DNA of 45,659 bases from an uncultured Candidatus Saccharibacteria bacterium (GTDB taxonomy: Bacteria > Patescibacteriota > Minisyncoccia > Minisyncoccales > CAZJYW01), in contig CAZJYW010000001.1 in the NCBI GenBank assembly GCA_964550395.1, forward strand, positions 1 through 45,659. The letters are read 5' to 3'. Shown piece by piece: positions 1-8,772 of the stretch. Made by a program: the position numbers and the translations under genes. The notes beneath the pieces are model-generated. The model was not told where the DNA came from. It made no database searches and was given only the letters and a program-made list of their open reading frames with translations. Position 1 is the first letter of the stretch, and every line of letters starts with the position of its first letter.

Positions 1-33
1 AAAAAATGGAATTAAATTATAAATGTTGTCAAA

Positions 34-3000
34 ATGGCTAACATTCAAAAGATAATTCTTTTAACGCTGTTTTTAGCTTTTTTGCTTCTTGGTTTCCAAG
101 TCTTTGCCGCTGAGTGTAATTCAAGCGGTTGGAATAATAGTGACTGTACGGTTGATATTTATTATGGAGACCCTGGCGGAGGGTCAGATTTAGCTGAATG
201 TAAATTTGGGACACTAAATGGCACGCCACCACTTCCAAGTTGTTCTACAGTCGAAAACTGGGATACGGCTTGTGTCTGCGGTGGTGCAAGCACTACCTGT
301 AACGGTATAAATATAACAATTGGTTCCGGAGGAAAATGTAGTAGTCAAGGAGAAGGAGCTTGTAAAGTTTGTTCTAAAGCAGTCGATACCGCCGGGAATG
401 AAGGATATTGTGATGACATAGTAGATAATTGTTTATCTTTAAATATTGATTATACTCTTCCTGAAACCGCTATTGAATGTGATAGTACGACCTGCTCAGC
501 CAGTTGGTACAACGCCGACATAAGTATTACCCTACTTTGTTCAGATAGTCATTCTGGTTGCGATAAAACTTATTATTGCGTTGGCCAGATTGATTCCTGT
601 GACCCCGACCCAACCGTAGACGGAATAGAGTATACTGGCGCTTTTACTCTTACAACCGAGGGAACAAATTATGTTAAATATTATTCAATAGACATAGCTG
701 GCAATATTGAGCAGCCAACAAAATCACAAACAATAAAATTAGATAAAAATGACCTCTCTGGTACCTTAACTATTTCCCCGATGACAGTTCAGGTTGATGA
801 AACATTTACTGTTTCAGTTGATAGCCAAGACTCCTTAAGTGGGGTTAATTATATTCATCTTTATCGAGAAGGTTCCCAGATTGATTCTTGTAACTGTGGA
901 GGATTAAATTCCTGTTCTCATTCTTGGAATCTTACTGAATCAACCGAAGGAGTATATACCTATCAAGCTTTAATTTATGATATAGCTGGAAACTCTGTCT
1001 TTAGCAATGCTGAGGAGGTAACCGTAATTCCTCCCGATACCACCCCTCCAGCAACTACCTTAGATGAATATCTACCCGACCCAACCAACGACAATACCCC
1101 AACCTGTTCTGGAGCCTCCATTGATACCCAGAGCCAGGTAGTGGATATTGAATACCGAGTAGACGGAGGGAGCTGGCAAGATGTTGATTTATTTACTCCA
1201 GCTCTTTCTGTTATCTTTACCTTCACCCCCTCGTCTTTAACAGATGGAACTCATACCTTTGAAGTCAGGGCTCAAGATGAAGCAGGTAATTGGGAACAAT
1301 CTCCCTATTCCAGTGACACCTTAACCATTGATACTACTCCACCCACTACCACTATCTCTCCCGATGGAGAAGATTGGGGGAATTCTGACGTTGACTTCAC
1401 TCTAAGCTGTGATGATGGGACAGGTTCTGGCTGTCAAGCTACTGAGTACAAGATAATAGACCAGAGTCAAACCTGCGATACCTCTGATTTAATCACTGGG
1501 AATTCAGGAACAGTCACCTGCCCGGAGGGCCAAACCTGCCAAAAGAAGGTCTGTTTTAGAAGTATTGATAATCTAAACCAGGAAGAGCCGATTAATACCT
1601 CAAATCTTTTTAAGATTGATAAAATAGACCCATCAGGAACCCTTGAAGTTAGCCCAGATTCACCAATAGTGGGAGAAGATATCACCATCACCATTAGCGC
1701 TAACGATGGAGAAAGTGGAGTGGATTATCTTTTAGTTGAAGATGACGGAACTTATTTACCGTCTCAAGATTGTGGTGGAGCTGCTACCTGTGATAAGAGC
1801 TGGATAGTCCAAGAAACAGTATCTGGAGACTATACCTATTGTGGTTTAATCTATGATTTAGCTGCCAATATTAACAATACTACTCCTTATTGTATTACTA
1901 TTACAGTAAAAGAAGCTATTACTCCTCCTACTGTTGAAACTGATCCAGCGACTAATATTGAGGAAACCTCAGCCACTTTAAATGGAAGAGTAATTGCTAC
2001 TGGCGGAGAAGACCCCACTAGATATTTTAAGTGGGATACCACGAACAATTCTATTATTTGGGTGTCACCAACTGGCCACAATGATCCTGATAACGGATGG
2101 AATAATGAAGGAAATGCATATGATGGGGATACTGGTACCCGTGCTACTACTCCGAGTTTAACCGTCGGCACATGGAGTACTTTCCTAGAGCTTACTCATA
2201 CAGCCATAAATTGTAGTAAGATTAGATTCTTTTTAAGTTTTTTAACATATCTTTTATCTGAAGTTGATATAGATGTTTATTATGGGGGCGCATGGCACGA
2301 TGTATACCAAGGTGGTTACACAAAGGATGAATGGATTGAGAAAGATATACCAGCAGGCGAACAGCTTGTTACTAAGGCCCGCTTTAGAGTAAAGAGGGCT
2401 TATAGTGATGGAATAGGTGAACTTAATGAGTTTGATTTCGGAGAAGTTTCTTATGTCAATACTGAAAATTGTGGAATTGGAGGTCCGGGTACTTATTCTG
2501 CTCCTATCTCTGGTTTATCACCCGGAGAAGTATATTATTTTAGAGCAGCAGCTGAGAACATAGCTGGCATGTCTTATGCCGCTAATGAAGAGAAATTCCT
2601 AACTAAACCAGAACCACCTACTAATCTAATTGCTACAGCAGTTAGCCTAGATGAAATTGACTTGACTTGGACTCCAGGGCAAGGCGCTGATTATACTGAG
2701 GTTTGGAGAAAAGAGAGTAGCTGTCCAACTGCCAGAGGGGATGGAGATTTGTTAGCTGGGACAACCTTAGATTATTATAATGATACCGGATTGGATTCTG
2801 GGACTACTTATTGCTATGGTCTTTGGTCTGTAGTTTCAAAAGAAGGTTTGACCCAATATTCAGATGAGGAGCAGTGCGAATGTGCTACTACTATAGCGGA
2901 CACTACCCCTCCAGCAACTACCTTAGATGAATATCTACCAGACCCAACCAACGACAATACTCCAACCTATTCTGGAGCTTCTACTGATACCCAGAGCCAA

Positions 3001-6000
3001 GTAGCAGATATTGAATACCGGGTAGATGGAGGTTCCTGGCTAGATGTTGATTCCTTTACTCCAGCTCCCTCTGTTTCTTTTGCCTTTACCCCTTCTCCTT
3101 TAGTTGATGGAACTCATACCTTTGAAGTTAGGGCTCAAGATGAAGCAGGCAATTGGGAACAATCTCCTTATCCCAGTGACACCTTAACTATTGATACTAC
3201 TCCGCCTCTCACCACTATCTCTCCCGATGGAGAAGATTGGGGGAATTCTGATGTTGACTTCACTCTAAGCTGTGACGATGGAACAGGTTCTGGTTGCCAA
3301 ACTACTGAGTACAAGATAATAGACCAGAGTCAAACCTGTGATACTTCTGATTTAATCACTGGGAATTCAGGAACAGTCACCTGCCCAGAGGACCAAACCT
3401 GCCAAAAGAAGGCCTGTTTTAGAAGTATTGATAATCTAAACCAGGAAGAGACAATTAATACCTCAAATCTTTTTAAGGTTGATAAGATAAACCCTTCAGG
3501 AACCCTTGAAGTTAGTCCAGATTCACCAATAGTGGAAGAAGATATTACCATTACCATTAGTGCTAATGATGGAGAAAGTGGAGTTGATTATCTTTTAGCT
3601 GAAGATGACGGAACCTATTTACCGTCTCAAGATTGTGGTGGAGCTGCCATCTGTGATAAGAGCTGGATAGTCCAAGAAACAGTAGCTGGAGACCATACCT
3701 ATTGTGGTTTAATCTATGATTTAGCTGCCAACGTTAACAACACTACTCCTTATTGTATTACTATTACTGTTACTATTTCTGACGATACTCCGCCTTACGT
3801 AGAGGTAATTGCTGATCCTCCTGAAGTAAAAACTACCTGGCAGAATACTGATGCCACCGCTAATGTTTCTTGTTCTGATCCTGATACTTGGACTTGTGGC
3901 GATTCAGTCACCTTCACTTACAAAGGTAGCTCTGTTACTTATGGAACAGTAGAGAGTCAGGGTAAGTGTTGGATGGATAGAAATCTTGGCGCCTCGCGAA
4001 TGGCTTGGTCCTACAATGACTCTTTGGCTTACGGAGATTTGTTCCAGTGGGGCAGATTGGATGATGGTCATCAAACTCGCACCAGTGGTAAAACTACGAC
4101 CCTTTCCAGCACAGATATCCCCGGCCACAGTAATTTCATCTACGTTACGAGCCCCATTTATGACGACTGGAGATCTCCCCGAAATGATAACCTTTGGCAA
4201 GGAGTTTCAGGTACCAACAATCCTTGCCCTTCTGGTTGGCGGATACCTGCTGAGGCAGAGTGGGACACTGAACGAGCCAGCTGGAGCCAGCAGAACTATA
4301 TTGGCGCTTTTGACAGCCCCCTTAAACTTACCGTTGGTGGTTACCGGTATTACAGAGACGCTTCCCTCCACGGTATGGGTAGCTACGGCCAATATTGGGC
4401 TTCCACTGTGGATGGTTCGTACGCTAGCAGCCTGCACTTTCAAAACAACGCTGCCGATACGGATCCCGACCACCGGGCCGTCGGTTTTTCGGTTCGCTGT
4501 ATCAAAGATTCAGATTCAGATTTAGGCTGTGATTCAGCATCTTACAGGTTAAAAACCTATACTGTAAACCCTGGGACTTGTTCAACTAACTATGCCGATT
4601 ATACTTTAGCTTCTCCCCAGACTGTTTCTTCTTATCAATGGCTTTGCGGAACAGCCAAGGATTTAGTTGGCAATGCTGGCTTCTCCAGCCCAGTAGAATT
4701 TAAGGTTGACAAGATTAATCCTTCAGGAGCTTTAACTGTTAGCCCGGAGAATCCAATCATTGGCCAAGATATTACCATTACCATTGTTGGCCAGGATGGA
4801 GAAAGTGGAGTAGGTGATGTTTTAGCTAAAGATGATGATGATTGGTTAATAACAAAAAATTGTGGAGGAACTTCTCCTTGTAATAAAAATTGGGTAGTCC
4901 AGGAGACAGCAGCTGGAGACCATACCTATTGTGGTTTAGTTTATGATGTGGCTGATAGCTACTTTTATACCAATTGTAAGACAATAACGGTAACTACTAC
5001 TGGACTTGTTTGCGATGTAAATGTTCAGAATAATACGGCGGTTGTAAATCAATGGATTTCAATTAATGTTTCTGGCTCTCAGGGAGCGATAGCCGAAGTC
5101 CGTTTTACTAGTAATTTGATTGGTGAGCCTGCTGGCAGCTGGACTGATTGGTATGGCTGGGATGTTTCTTCTGGTGATTGGGATGCCAGTTTCAAGATAA
5201 TGAAATGGAGTTTTGCTGAAACAGGAAATTACGAAGTCTGGGTAGAATTAAAAGATGGAAGTGGCAACACCCAGGCTTGCTATGACACAATTTTAATTAT
5301 GGAGTGTTATCCCGGCCAGACAAAAACCTGTACTTCCTTCCAAGATTGTAGTCATACAATAACTTGCCAACCAAACGGGACCTGGCCTTCTTGTCCAGAA
5401 GACCAATGCGTATCTGGAACCACTCAATCTTGTGGAGTAAATGGACTTCAAACCTGCATTGATACCTGTACCTGGGGACCTTGTGTTACCCCGCCACCTG
5501 ACGGTGATGGCTGTCCTTGGCCACCAGATATTAGTTGTGATATTTGCTGGAAACCGGTATGTAATACCGAAACTGATGAGTGGGAATGTCAGCCTGATCT
5601 TGATGCGGCCGGGACCGACTGCGGTGATTGTTTAATGTGTGATAACAGCGGAAATTGCAGTATCCCTCTTTGTTCAGGGATTGCCGAAAGTTGTGAATGT
5701 ATTCCGGGTTCTCCAGATTCCTGCAAAGATTGTTCTGATTATGGAATTGAATGCGGTTATAAAGAAGGACCTTGTTATTGCGGTCAATACGAATATCCAA
5801 TTTGGAGTTGCGATGAGGGAGAATGCCAATGTTACTGTCAGGAGGATGAAACCGGTGAAATCTGTCCAAGCGAGCCGCCTGAAGAATGTGAGTATAGTCC
5901 ACCTATTGTCAGCATAGTTCCGGACTATCGAGAGGGAGCAGCGGGCGACCGTTTAACTTATACCGTTTCGGTTATCAATCAGGATGAGGGAGTGGAATGT

Positions 6001-6900
6001 GAATCCTCTAATTTCATTTTAAGCACAGGTGGAATTTGCGATAGTTGGAATTGTGATTTAGATTCGCTAACTTTAACCATCGCTCCACAATGTTCTCAAA
6101 CCACCCAATTACATGTCAGCTCACCCGCTGAGCCCCTTGCTCCCAAAGAATACTATGTTATTTCGGTTGCTGCTGTTAATCAGACAAGCGGACTTTTCGG
6201 AGCCGATGAAGCTATTTATAAAGTCCTTAATAATCCTCCCTCAGCGATAAGCCTTTCTGCAACACCCATTGGCGATTGCTTTCTTAACCACCCATATGTT
6301 AGATTGGAATGGTCTTTTTCCGACCCTGATTTAGCTTCGGGTGATAAGCAATCTGCTCGTGAAGTAGAAATATTTAGCGACCCGGGTTACATCAATCTGG
6401 TAAATAGGATTCCTGAGCCGGATTATTCCCCTGGTTCTACTGAATATGCTCCCAATACCGGCTTATCTTTCAATGCCACTTATTACTGGAGGGCAAGAGT
6501 TTGGGATAATGAAGGCGCTCTTTCAGACTGTGGCCAGCCCGAGGGCTGGTGTTATCCAGAACAACCCTCTTTCCATACTGAAAAAGAATGGCCCTGGCCT
6601 TATTTTTCAGTTGCCCCTCTTACTCAAAGAGTTCATTTGAAGGAGAGGGTTGAGTTTACTGACGAATCTACATGTTATGATGGTCCTTGTAATTTTAGTC
6701 CCACAACTTATTACTTATGGGAATTCGGCGATGGAGGAACCAGCCCGGAGAAGGTTAAAACTTCCCATATTTACTCGGCAACAGGAAACTACGACGTTAC
6801 TTTAACCATAACTGATGATATCGGGGAATGTACTTATGGCCCGATACAAATAGTCGTCACCCTTCCTCTGCCAGAATGGTGGGAGATAGCACCATTTTAA
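34..6900 (+). CDS. Giant secreted cysteine-rich multidomain surface protein (2288 aa): signal peptide, repeated Ig-like beta-sandwich modules, fibronectin type III, FISUMP-type domain, Cys-rich module, C-terminal PKD domain
   Basis: Uninterrupted 6.9-kb ORF. The N-terminus MANIQKIILLTLFLAFLLLGFQVFA/AE looks like a Sec signal peptide. An fn3-like stretch reads PEPPTNLIATAVSLDEIDLTWTP. FISUMP motifs are CWMDRNLGA, CPSGWRIP, GGYRYY, YWAST and GFSVRCIKD. The PKD-like motif is WEFGDGGTS...HIYSATGNYDVTLTITD. The module DKI(D/N)PSGTLxVSP...GESGV...YCGLIYD recurs four times. Confidence 0.85.
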   Translation: MANIQKIILLTLFLAFLLLGFQVFAAECNSSGWNNSDCTVDIYYGDPGGGSDLAECKFGTLNGTPPLPSCSTVENWDTACVCGGASTTCNGINITIGSGGKCSSQGEGACKVCSKAVDTAGNEGYCDDIVDNCLSLNIDYTLPETAIECDSTTCSASWYNADISITLLCSDSHSGCDKTYYCVGQIDSCDPDPTVDGIEYTGAFTLTTEGTNYVKYYSIDIAGNIEQPTKSQTIKLDKNDLSGTLTISPMTVQVDETFTVSVDSQDSLSGVNYIHLYREGSQIDSCNCGGLNSCSHSWNLTESTEGVYTYQALIYDIAGNSVFSNAEEVTVIPPDTTPPATTLDEYLPDPTNDNTPTCSGASIDTQSQVVDIEYRVDGGSWQDVDLFTPALSVIFTFTPSSLTDGTHTFEVRAQDEAGNWEQSPYSSDTLTIDTTPPTTTISPDGEDWGNSDVDFTLSCDDGTGSGCQATEYKIIDQSQTCDTSDLITGNSGTVTCPEGQTCQKKVCFRSIDNLNQEEPINTSNLFKIDKIDPSGTLEVSPDSPIVGEDITITISANDGESGVDYLLVEDDGTYLPSQDCGGAATCDKSWIVQETVSGDYTYCGLIYDLAANINNTTPYCITITVKEAITPPTVETDPATNIEETSATLNGRVIATGGEDPTRYFKWDTTNNSIIWVSPTGHNDPDNGWNNEGNAYDGDTGTRATTPSLTVGTWSTFLELTHTAINCSKIRFFLSFLTYLLSEVDIDVYYGGAWHDVYQGGYTKDEWIEKDIPAGEQLVTKARFRVKRAYSDGIGELNEFDFGEVSYVNTENCGIGGPGTYSAPISGLSPGEVYYFRAAAENIAGMSYAANEEKFLTKPEPPTNLIATAVSLDEIDLTWTPGQGADYTEVWRKESSCPTARGDGDLLAGTTLDYYNDTGLDSGTTYCYGLWSVVSKEGLTQYSDEEQCECATTIADTTPPATTLDEYLPDPTNDNTPTYSGASTDTQSQVADIEYRVDGGSWLDVDSFTPAPSVSFAFTPSPLVDGTHTFEVRAQDEAGNWEQSPYPSDTLTIDTTPPLTTISPDGEDWGNSDVDFTLSCDDGTGSGCQTTEYKIIDQSQTCDTSDLITGNSGTVTCPEDQTCQKKACFRSIDNLNQEETINTSNLFKVDKINPSGTLEVSPDSPIVEEDITITISANDGESGVDYLLAEDDGTYLPSQDCGGAAICDKSWIVQETVAGDHTYCGLIYDLAANVNNTTPYCITITVTISDDTPPYVEVIADPPEVKTTWQNTDATANVSCSDPDTWTCGDSVTFTYKGSSVTYGTVESQGKCWMDRNLGASRMAWSYNDSLAYGDLFQWGRLDDGHQTRTSGKTTTLSSTDIPGHSNFIYVTSPIYDDWRSPRNDNLWQGVSGTNNPCPSGWRIPAEAEWDTERASWSQQNYIGAFDSPLKLTVGGYRYYRDASLHGMGSYGQYWASTVDGSYASSLHFQNNAADTDPDHRAVGFSVRCIKDSDSDLGCDSASYRLKTYTVNPGTCSTNYADYTLASPQTVSSYQWLCGTAKDLVGNAGFSSPVEFKVDKINPSGALTVSPENPIIGQDITITIVGQDGESGVGDVLAKDDDDWLITKNCGGTSPCNKNWVVQETAAGDHTYCGLVYDVADSYFYTNCKTITVTTTGLVCDVNVQNNTAVVNQWISINVSGSQGAIAEVRFTSNLIGEPAGSWTDWYGWDVSSGDWDASFKIMKWSFAETGNYEVWVELKDGSGNTQACYDTILIMECYPGQTKTCTSFQDCSHTITCQPNGTWPSCPEDQCVSGTTQSCGVNGLQTCIDTCTWGPCVTPPPDGDGCPWPPDISCDICWKPVCNTETDEWECQPDLDAAGTDCGDCLMCDNSGNCSIPLCSGIAESCECIPGSPDSCKDCSDYGIECGYKEGPCYCGQYEYPIWSCDEGECQCYCQEDETGEICPSEPPEECEYSPPIVSIVPDYREGAAGDRLTYTVSVINQDEGVECESSNFILSTGGICDSWNCDLDSLTLTIAPQCSQTTQLHVSSPAEPLAPKEYYVISVAAVNQTSGLFGADEAIYKVLNNPPSAISLSATPIGDCFLNHPYVRLEWSFSDPDLASGDKQSAREVEIFSDPGYINLVNRIPEPDYSPGSTEYAPNTGLSFNATYYWRARVWDNEGALSDCGQPEGWCYPEQPSFHTEKEWPWPYFSVAPLTQRVHLKERVEFTDESTCYDGPCNFSPTTYYLWEFGDGGTSPEKVKTSHIYSATGNYDVTLTITDDIGECTYGPIQIVVTLPLPEWWEIAPF
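1036..1907 (+). repeat. Intragenic direct repeat, copy 1 (872 bp)
   Basis: Colinear with 2899-3770 at a constant offset of 1863 nt, with no indels seen. Confidence 0.9.
2899..3770 (+). repeat. Intragenic direct repeat, copy 2 (872 bp)
   Basis: The protein copies (DTTPPATTLDEYLPDPTNDNTPT...YCITITV) differ at about two dozen of roughly 290 residues by manual comparison. Confidence 0.9.
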
Positions 6901-6902
6901 GT

Positions 6903-6930
6903 TTGACATTCTAAAAATATTTGCTATGAT
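6903..6930 (+). promoter_or_regulatory. Sigma70-like promoter upstream of rny (TTGACA, 16-nt spacer, TATGAT)
   Basis: TTGACA at 6903-6908 and TATGAT at 6925-6930, about 38 nt upstream of the rny ATG. Confidence 0.5.
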
Positions 6931-6967
6931 TATATTATGTTAAATATTTTTAATTTCATTAAAGAAT

Positions 6968-8497
6968 ATGAATCTACTTATTCCTTTAATCGCGGGCATA
7001 GTGGCTATTTCTCTGGGCTCAATTTTGGGTTACTATACTCGTCAATCAATTGCCAAAAGAAATTATCGGACTATCGAAGCCCGTCTTCAAAAGAAAATTT
7101 CTCAAGCCAAAACTCAAACTGAAGAAATTTTGGCCGGAGCCCAAAAAGAAGCCAATCAAATTCTGGAGACAACAAAAAAAGAAACAGACGAGAGGAGAAC
7201 AGCCCTTTTCAATACCGAAAGGGTTTTACTGAAGAGAGAAAATATTTTAGAAAACAAACTTTCGGCTTTTGAATCAACTGAGCGAGCCTTCCAGGAAAAA
7301 GTCAGAAAACTGAGAGAGATAAAAGAAAGCTTGGAGAGCTTAAAAACCGAGGCTTTGGAAAAATTGGAGAGAATTTCTGGGCTTCCCAGAAAAGAAGCAA
7401 AAAAAGAATTGTTAGAAAATCTGGAAAAAGAATATCAGAAAGAAATTTTAGAAAAAATTAAAAAACTGGAAACCGAAAGCCAAGACCAATTTGAGAGAAA
7501 AGCAAAGGAAATTTTAGCTCAGGCCATCCAAAAATTCGCTCTTTCCCAAGCTCAAGAAATTACCACGACCACGGTCCCCCTTCCCTCAGAAGAAATCAAA
7601 GGAAGAATTATTGGTAAGGAAGGAAGAAACATCAGAACTTTAGAGAAATTAACCGGGGTGGAAATAATAGTGGATGAGACTCCCGAAGCAGTAGTGATTT
7701 CTGGCTTCGACCCAATTAGACGCCAAATTGCTAAAACTGCCTTGGAAAAGTTAATTCAAGATGGAAGAATTCAGCCAGCCAGGATTGAAGAAACAGTAGA
7801 AGCAACCCAAAAAGAAATAGCTTCTCAAATCAGAGAGGCTGGAGAGCAGGCCATTTACGATACCGGCTTAGTGGGTTTTGACCCAAAATTAGTTCAATTG
7901 TTAGGTAGATTAAAATTTAGAACTAGCTATGGCCAGAATGTTTTACTGCATTCAATCGAGGTTAGCCATCTTGCCGCGGCCTTAGCCGCTGAAATTGGAG
8001 CCGATTCTTTAATTTGCAAAAAAGCCGGCCTACTTCACGACATTGGTAAAGCAGTTGATCAGCAGGTTGAGGGTTCCCATGTTGATATCGGAATTAAAAT
8101 TTTGGAAAAATTTGGGGTGGAAAAAGAAGTAATTGATGCCATGAAATCACATCATGAAGAATATCCTTATCAAACCATTGAAGCAGTGATTGTCCAGGCG
8201 GCAGACCAAATTTCCGGCGCCCGACCCGGGGCCAGAAAAGATACTTTAGAAAATTATCTTAGGAGATTAGGGGATTTGGAAAATATTGCTTTGAGTTTTC
8301 CGGGAGTTGAGCGGGCCTGGGCTTTGCAGGCTGGCCGAGAAATAAGAGTTTTTGTTAAACCAGAAGAAGTTGATGACCTCTCGGCTAAAAAACTGGCTAA
8401 AGAAATTGCCAACAAAATTCAGGAAGAATTAAAGTATCCTGGCGAAATAAAAGTTAATTTAATTAGGGAAAACCGAGTAATTGAGTACGCAAAGTAA
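6968..8497 (+). CDS. rny: Ribonuclease Y
   Basis: N-terminal TM helix, long Lys/Glu coiled coil, KH domain (IKGRIIGKEGRNIRTLEKLTGVEIIVD) and HD domain (LLHDIGKA...HH). Confidence 0.93.
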   Translation: MNLLIPLIAGIVAISLGSILGYYTRQSIAKRNYRTIEARLQKKISQAKTQTEEILAGAQKEANQILETTKKETDERRTALFNTERVLLKRENILENKLSAFESTERAFQEKVRKLREIKESLESLKTEALEKLERISGLPRKEAKKELLENLEKEYQKEILEKIKKLETESQDQFERKAKEILAQAIQKFALSQAQEITTTTVPLPSEEIKGRIIGKEGRNIRTLEKLTGVEIIVDETPEAVVISGFDPIRRQIAKTALEKLIQDGRIQPARIEETVEATQKEIASQIREAGEQAIYDTGLVGFDPKLVQLLGRLKFRTSYGQNVLLHSIEVSHLAAALAAEIGADSLICKKAGLLHDIGKAVDQQVEGSHVDIGIKILEKFGVEKEVIDAMKSHHEEYPYQTIEAVIVQAADQISGARPGARKDTLENYLRRLGDLENIALSFPGVERAWALQAGREIRVFVKPEEVDDLSAKKLAKEIANKIQEELKYPGEIKVNLIRENRVIEYAK

Positions 8498-8518
8498 ACA
8501 ATAATAAAATTTAATTCA

Positions 8519-8546
8519 AAAACGGCGGAATCCCGCCGTTTTTGGT
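8519..8546 (+). terminator. Rho-independent terminator after rny
   Basis: AACGGCGG-AATC-CCGCCGTT hairpin followed by a T-run. Confidence 0.75.
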
Positions 8547-8548
8547 TT

Positions 8549-8622
8549 TGGAGCGGGATACGGGAGTCAAACCCGTCTTTACTCCTTGGAAAGGAGTCGT
8601 TGGATCGCTCAACTAATCCCGC
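8549..8622 (-). tRNA. tRNA-Gly (anticodon UCC), CCA encoded; non-canonical D-loop and T-loop
   Basis: Hand-folded cloverleaf: acceptor GCGGGAT/ATCCCGC, anticodon arm ACTCC-TTTCCAA-GGAGT. The D-loop AGCGATC lacks GG and the T-loop is TTTGACT. Confidence 0.8.
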
Positions 8623-8624
8623 AG

Positions 8625-8695
8625 TCGGGGCGCTGGGATTTGAACCCAGACTAAATCCTCCCAAAGGACTCGTGCTGCCGTTACACTACGCCCCG
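8625..8695 (-). tRNA. tRNA-Pro (anticodon UGG)
   Basis: Acceptor CGGGGCG/CGCCCCG, anticodon arm AGTCC-TTTGGGA-GGATT, T-arm CTGGG-TTCAAAT-CCCAG. Confidence 0.85.
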
Positions 8696-8772
8696 CATTC
8701 CATAATATACCAATAATGTTTCTCTCAGTCAATTTGTTTGTTTCTTCCTAAATCTGATATATAATAAAATCA

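Noticed and set aside
975-4473. Antisense and alternative-frame ORFs inside the giant gene: 975-1226, 1467-1694, 1887-2171, 3330-3557, 3904-4200, 4207-4473 on the minus strand, and 3986-4525 on the plus strand.
   Set aside because: All are nested in the 6.9-kb ORF, which has strong domain content. Two of them (1467-1694 and 3330-3557) are simply mirror images of the internal 872-bp repeat. None has a start context or recognisable motifs.
5441-6640. Short ORFs overlapping the Cys-rich module and the C-terminal part of the giant gene (5441-5635, 5531-5902, 5639-5917, 6446-6640).
   Set aside because: This stretch is less AT-rich, so stop codons are scarcer in the off-frames. The sense frame encodes a coherent Cys-rich and PKD architecture.
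6856-6900. The C-terminal ...TLPLPEWWEIAPF of the giant protein as a possible novel sorting signal.
   Set aside because: There is no hydrophobic helix, charged tail or known motif (LPXTG, PEP-CTERM, GlyGly-CTERM). With a single example there is no basis for a claim. It is only mentioned within the giant-protein finding.
6937-7232. Small ORFs 6937-7122 and 7050-7232 overlapping the 5' end of rny.
   Set aside because: They are out of frame with the well-supported RNase Y ORF. Their Lys-rich, low-complexity translation reflects the AAG/GAA-rich coiled-coil coding region.
8419-8664. An 81-aa minus-strand ORF spanning the rny terminator and two tRNA genes.
   Set aside because: The region is fully explained by tRNA-Gly(UCC), tRNA-Pro(UGG) and the terminator hairpin.
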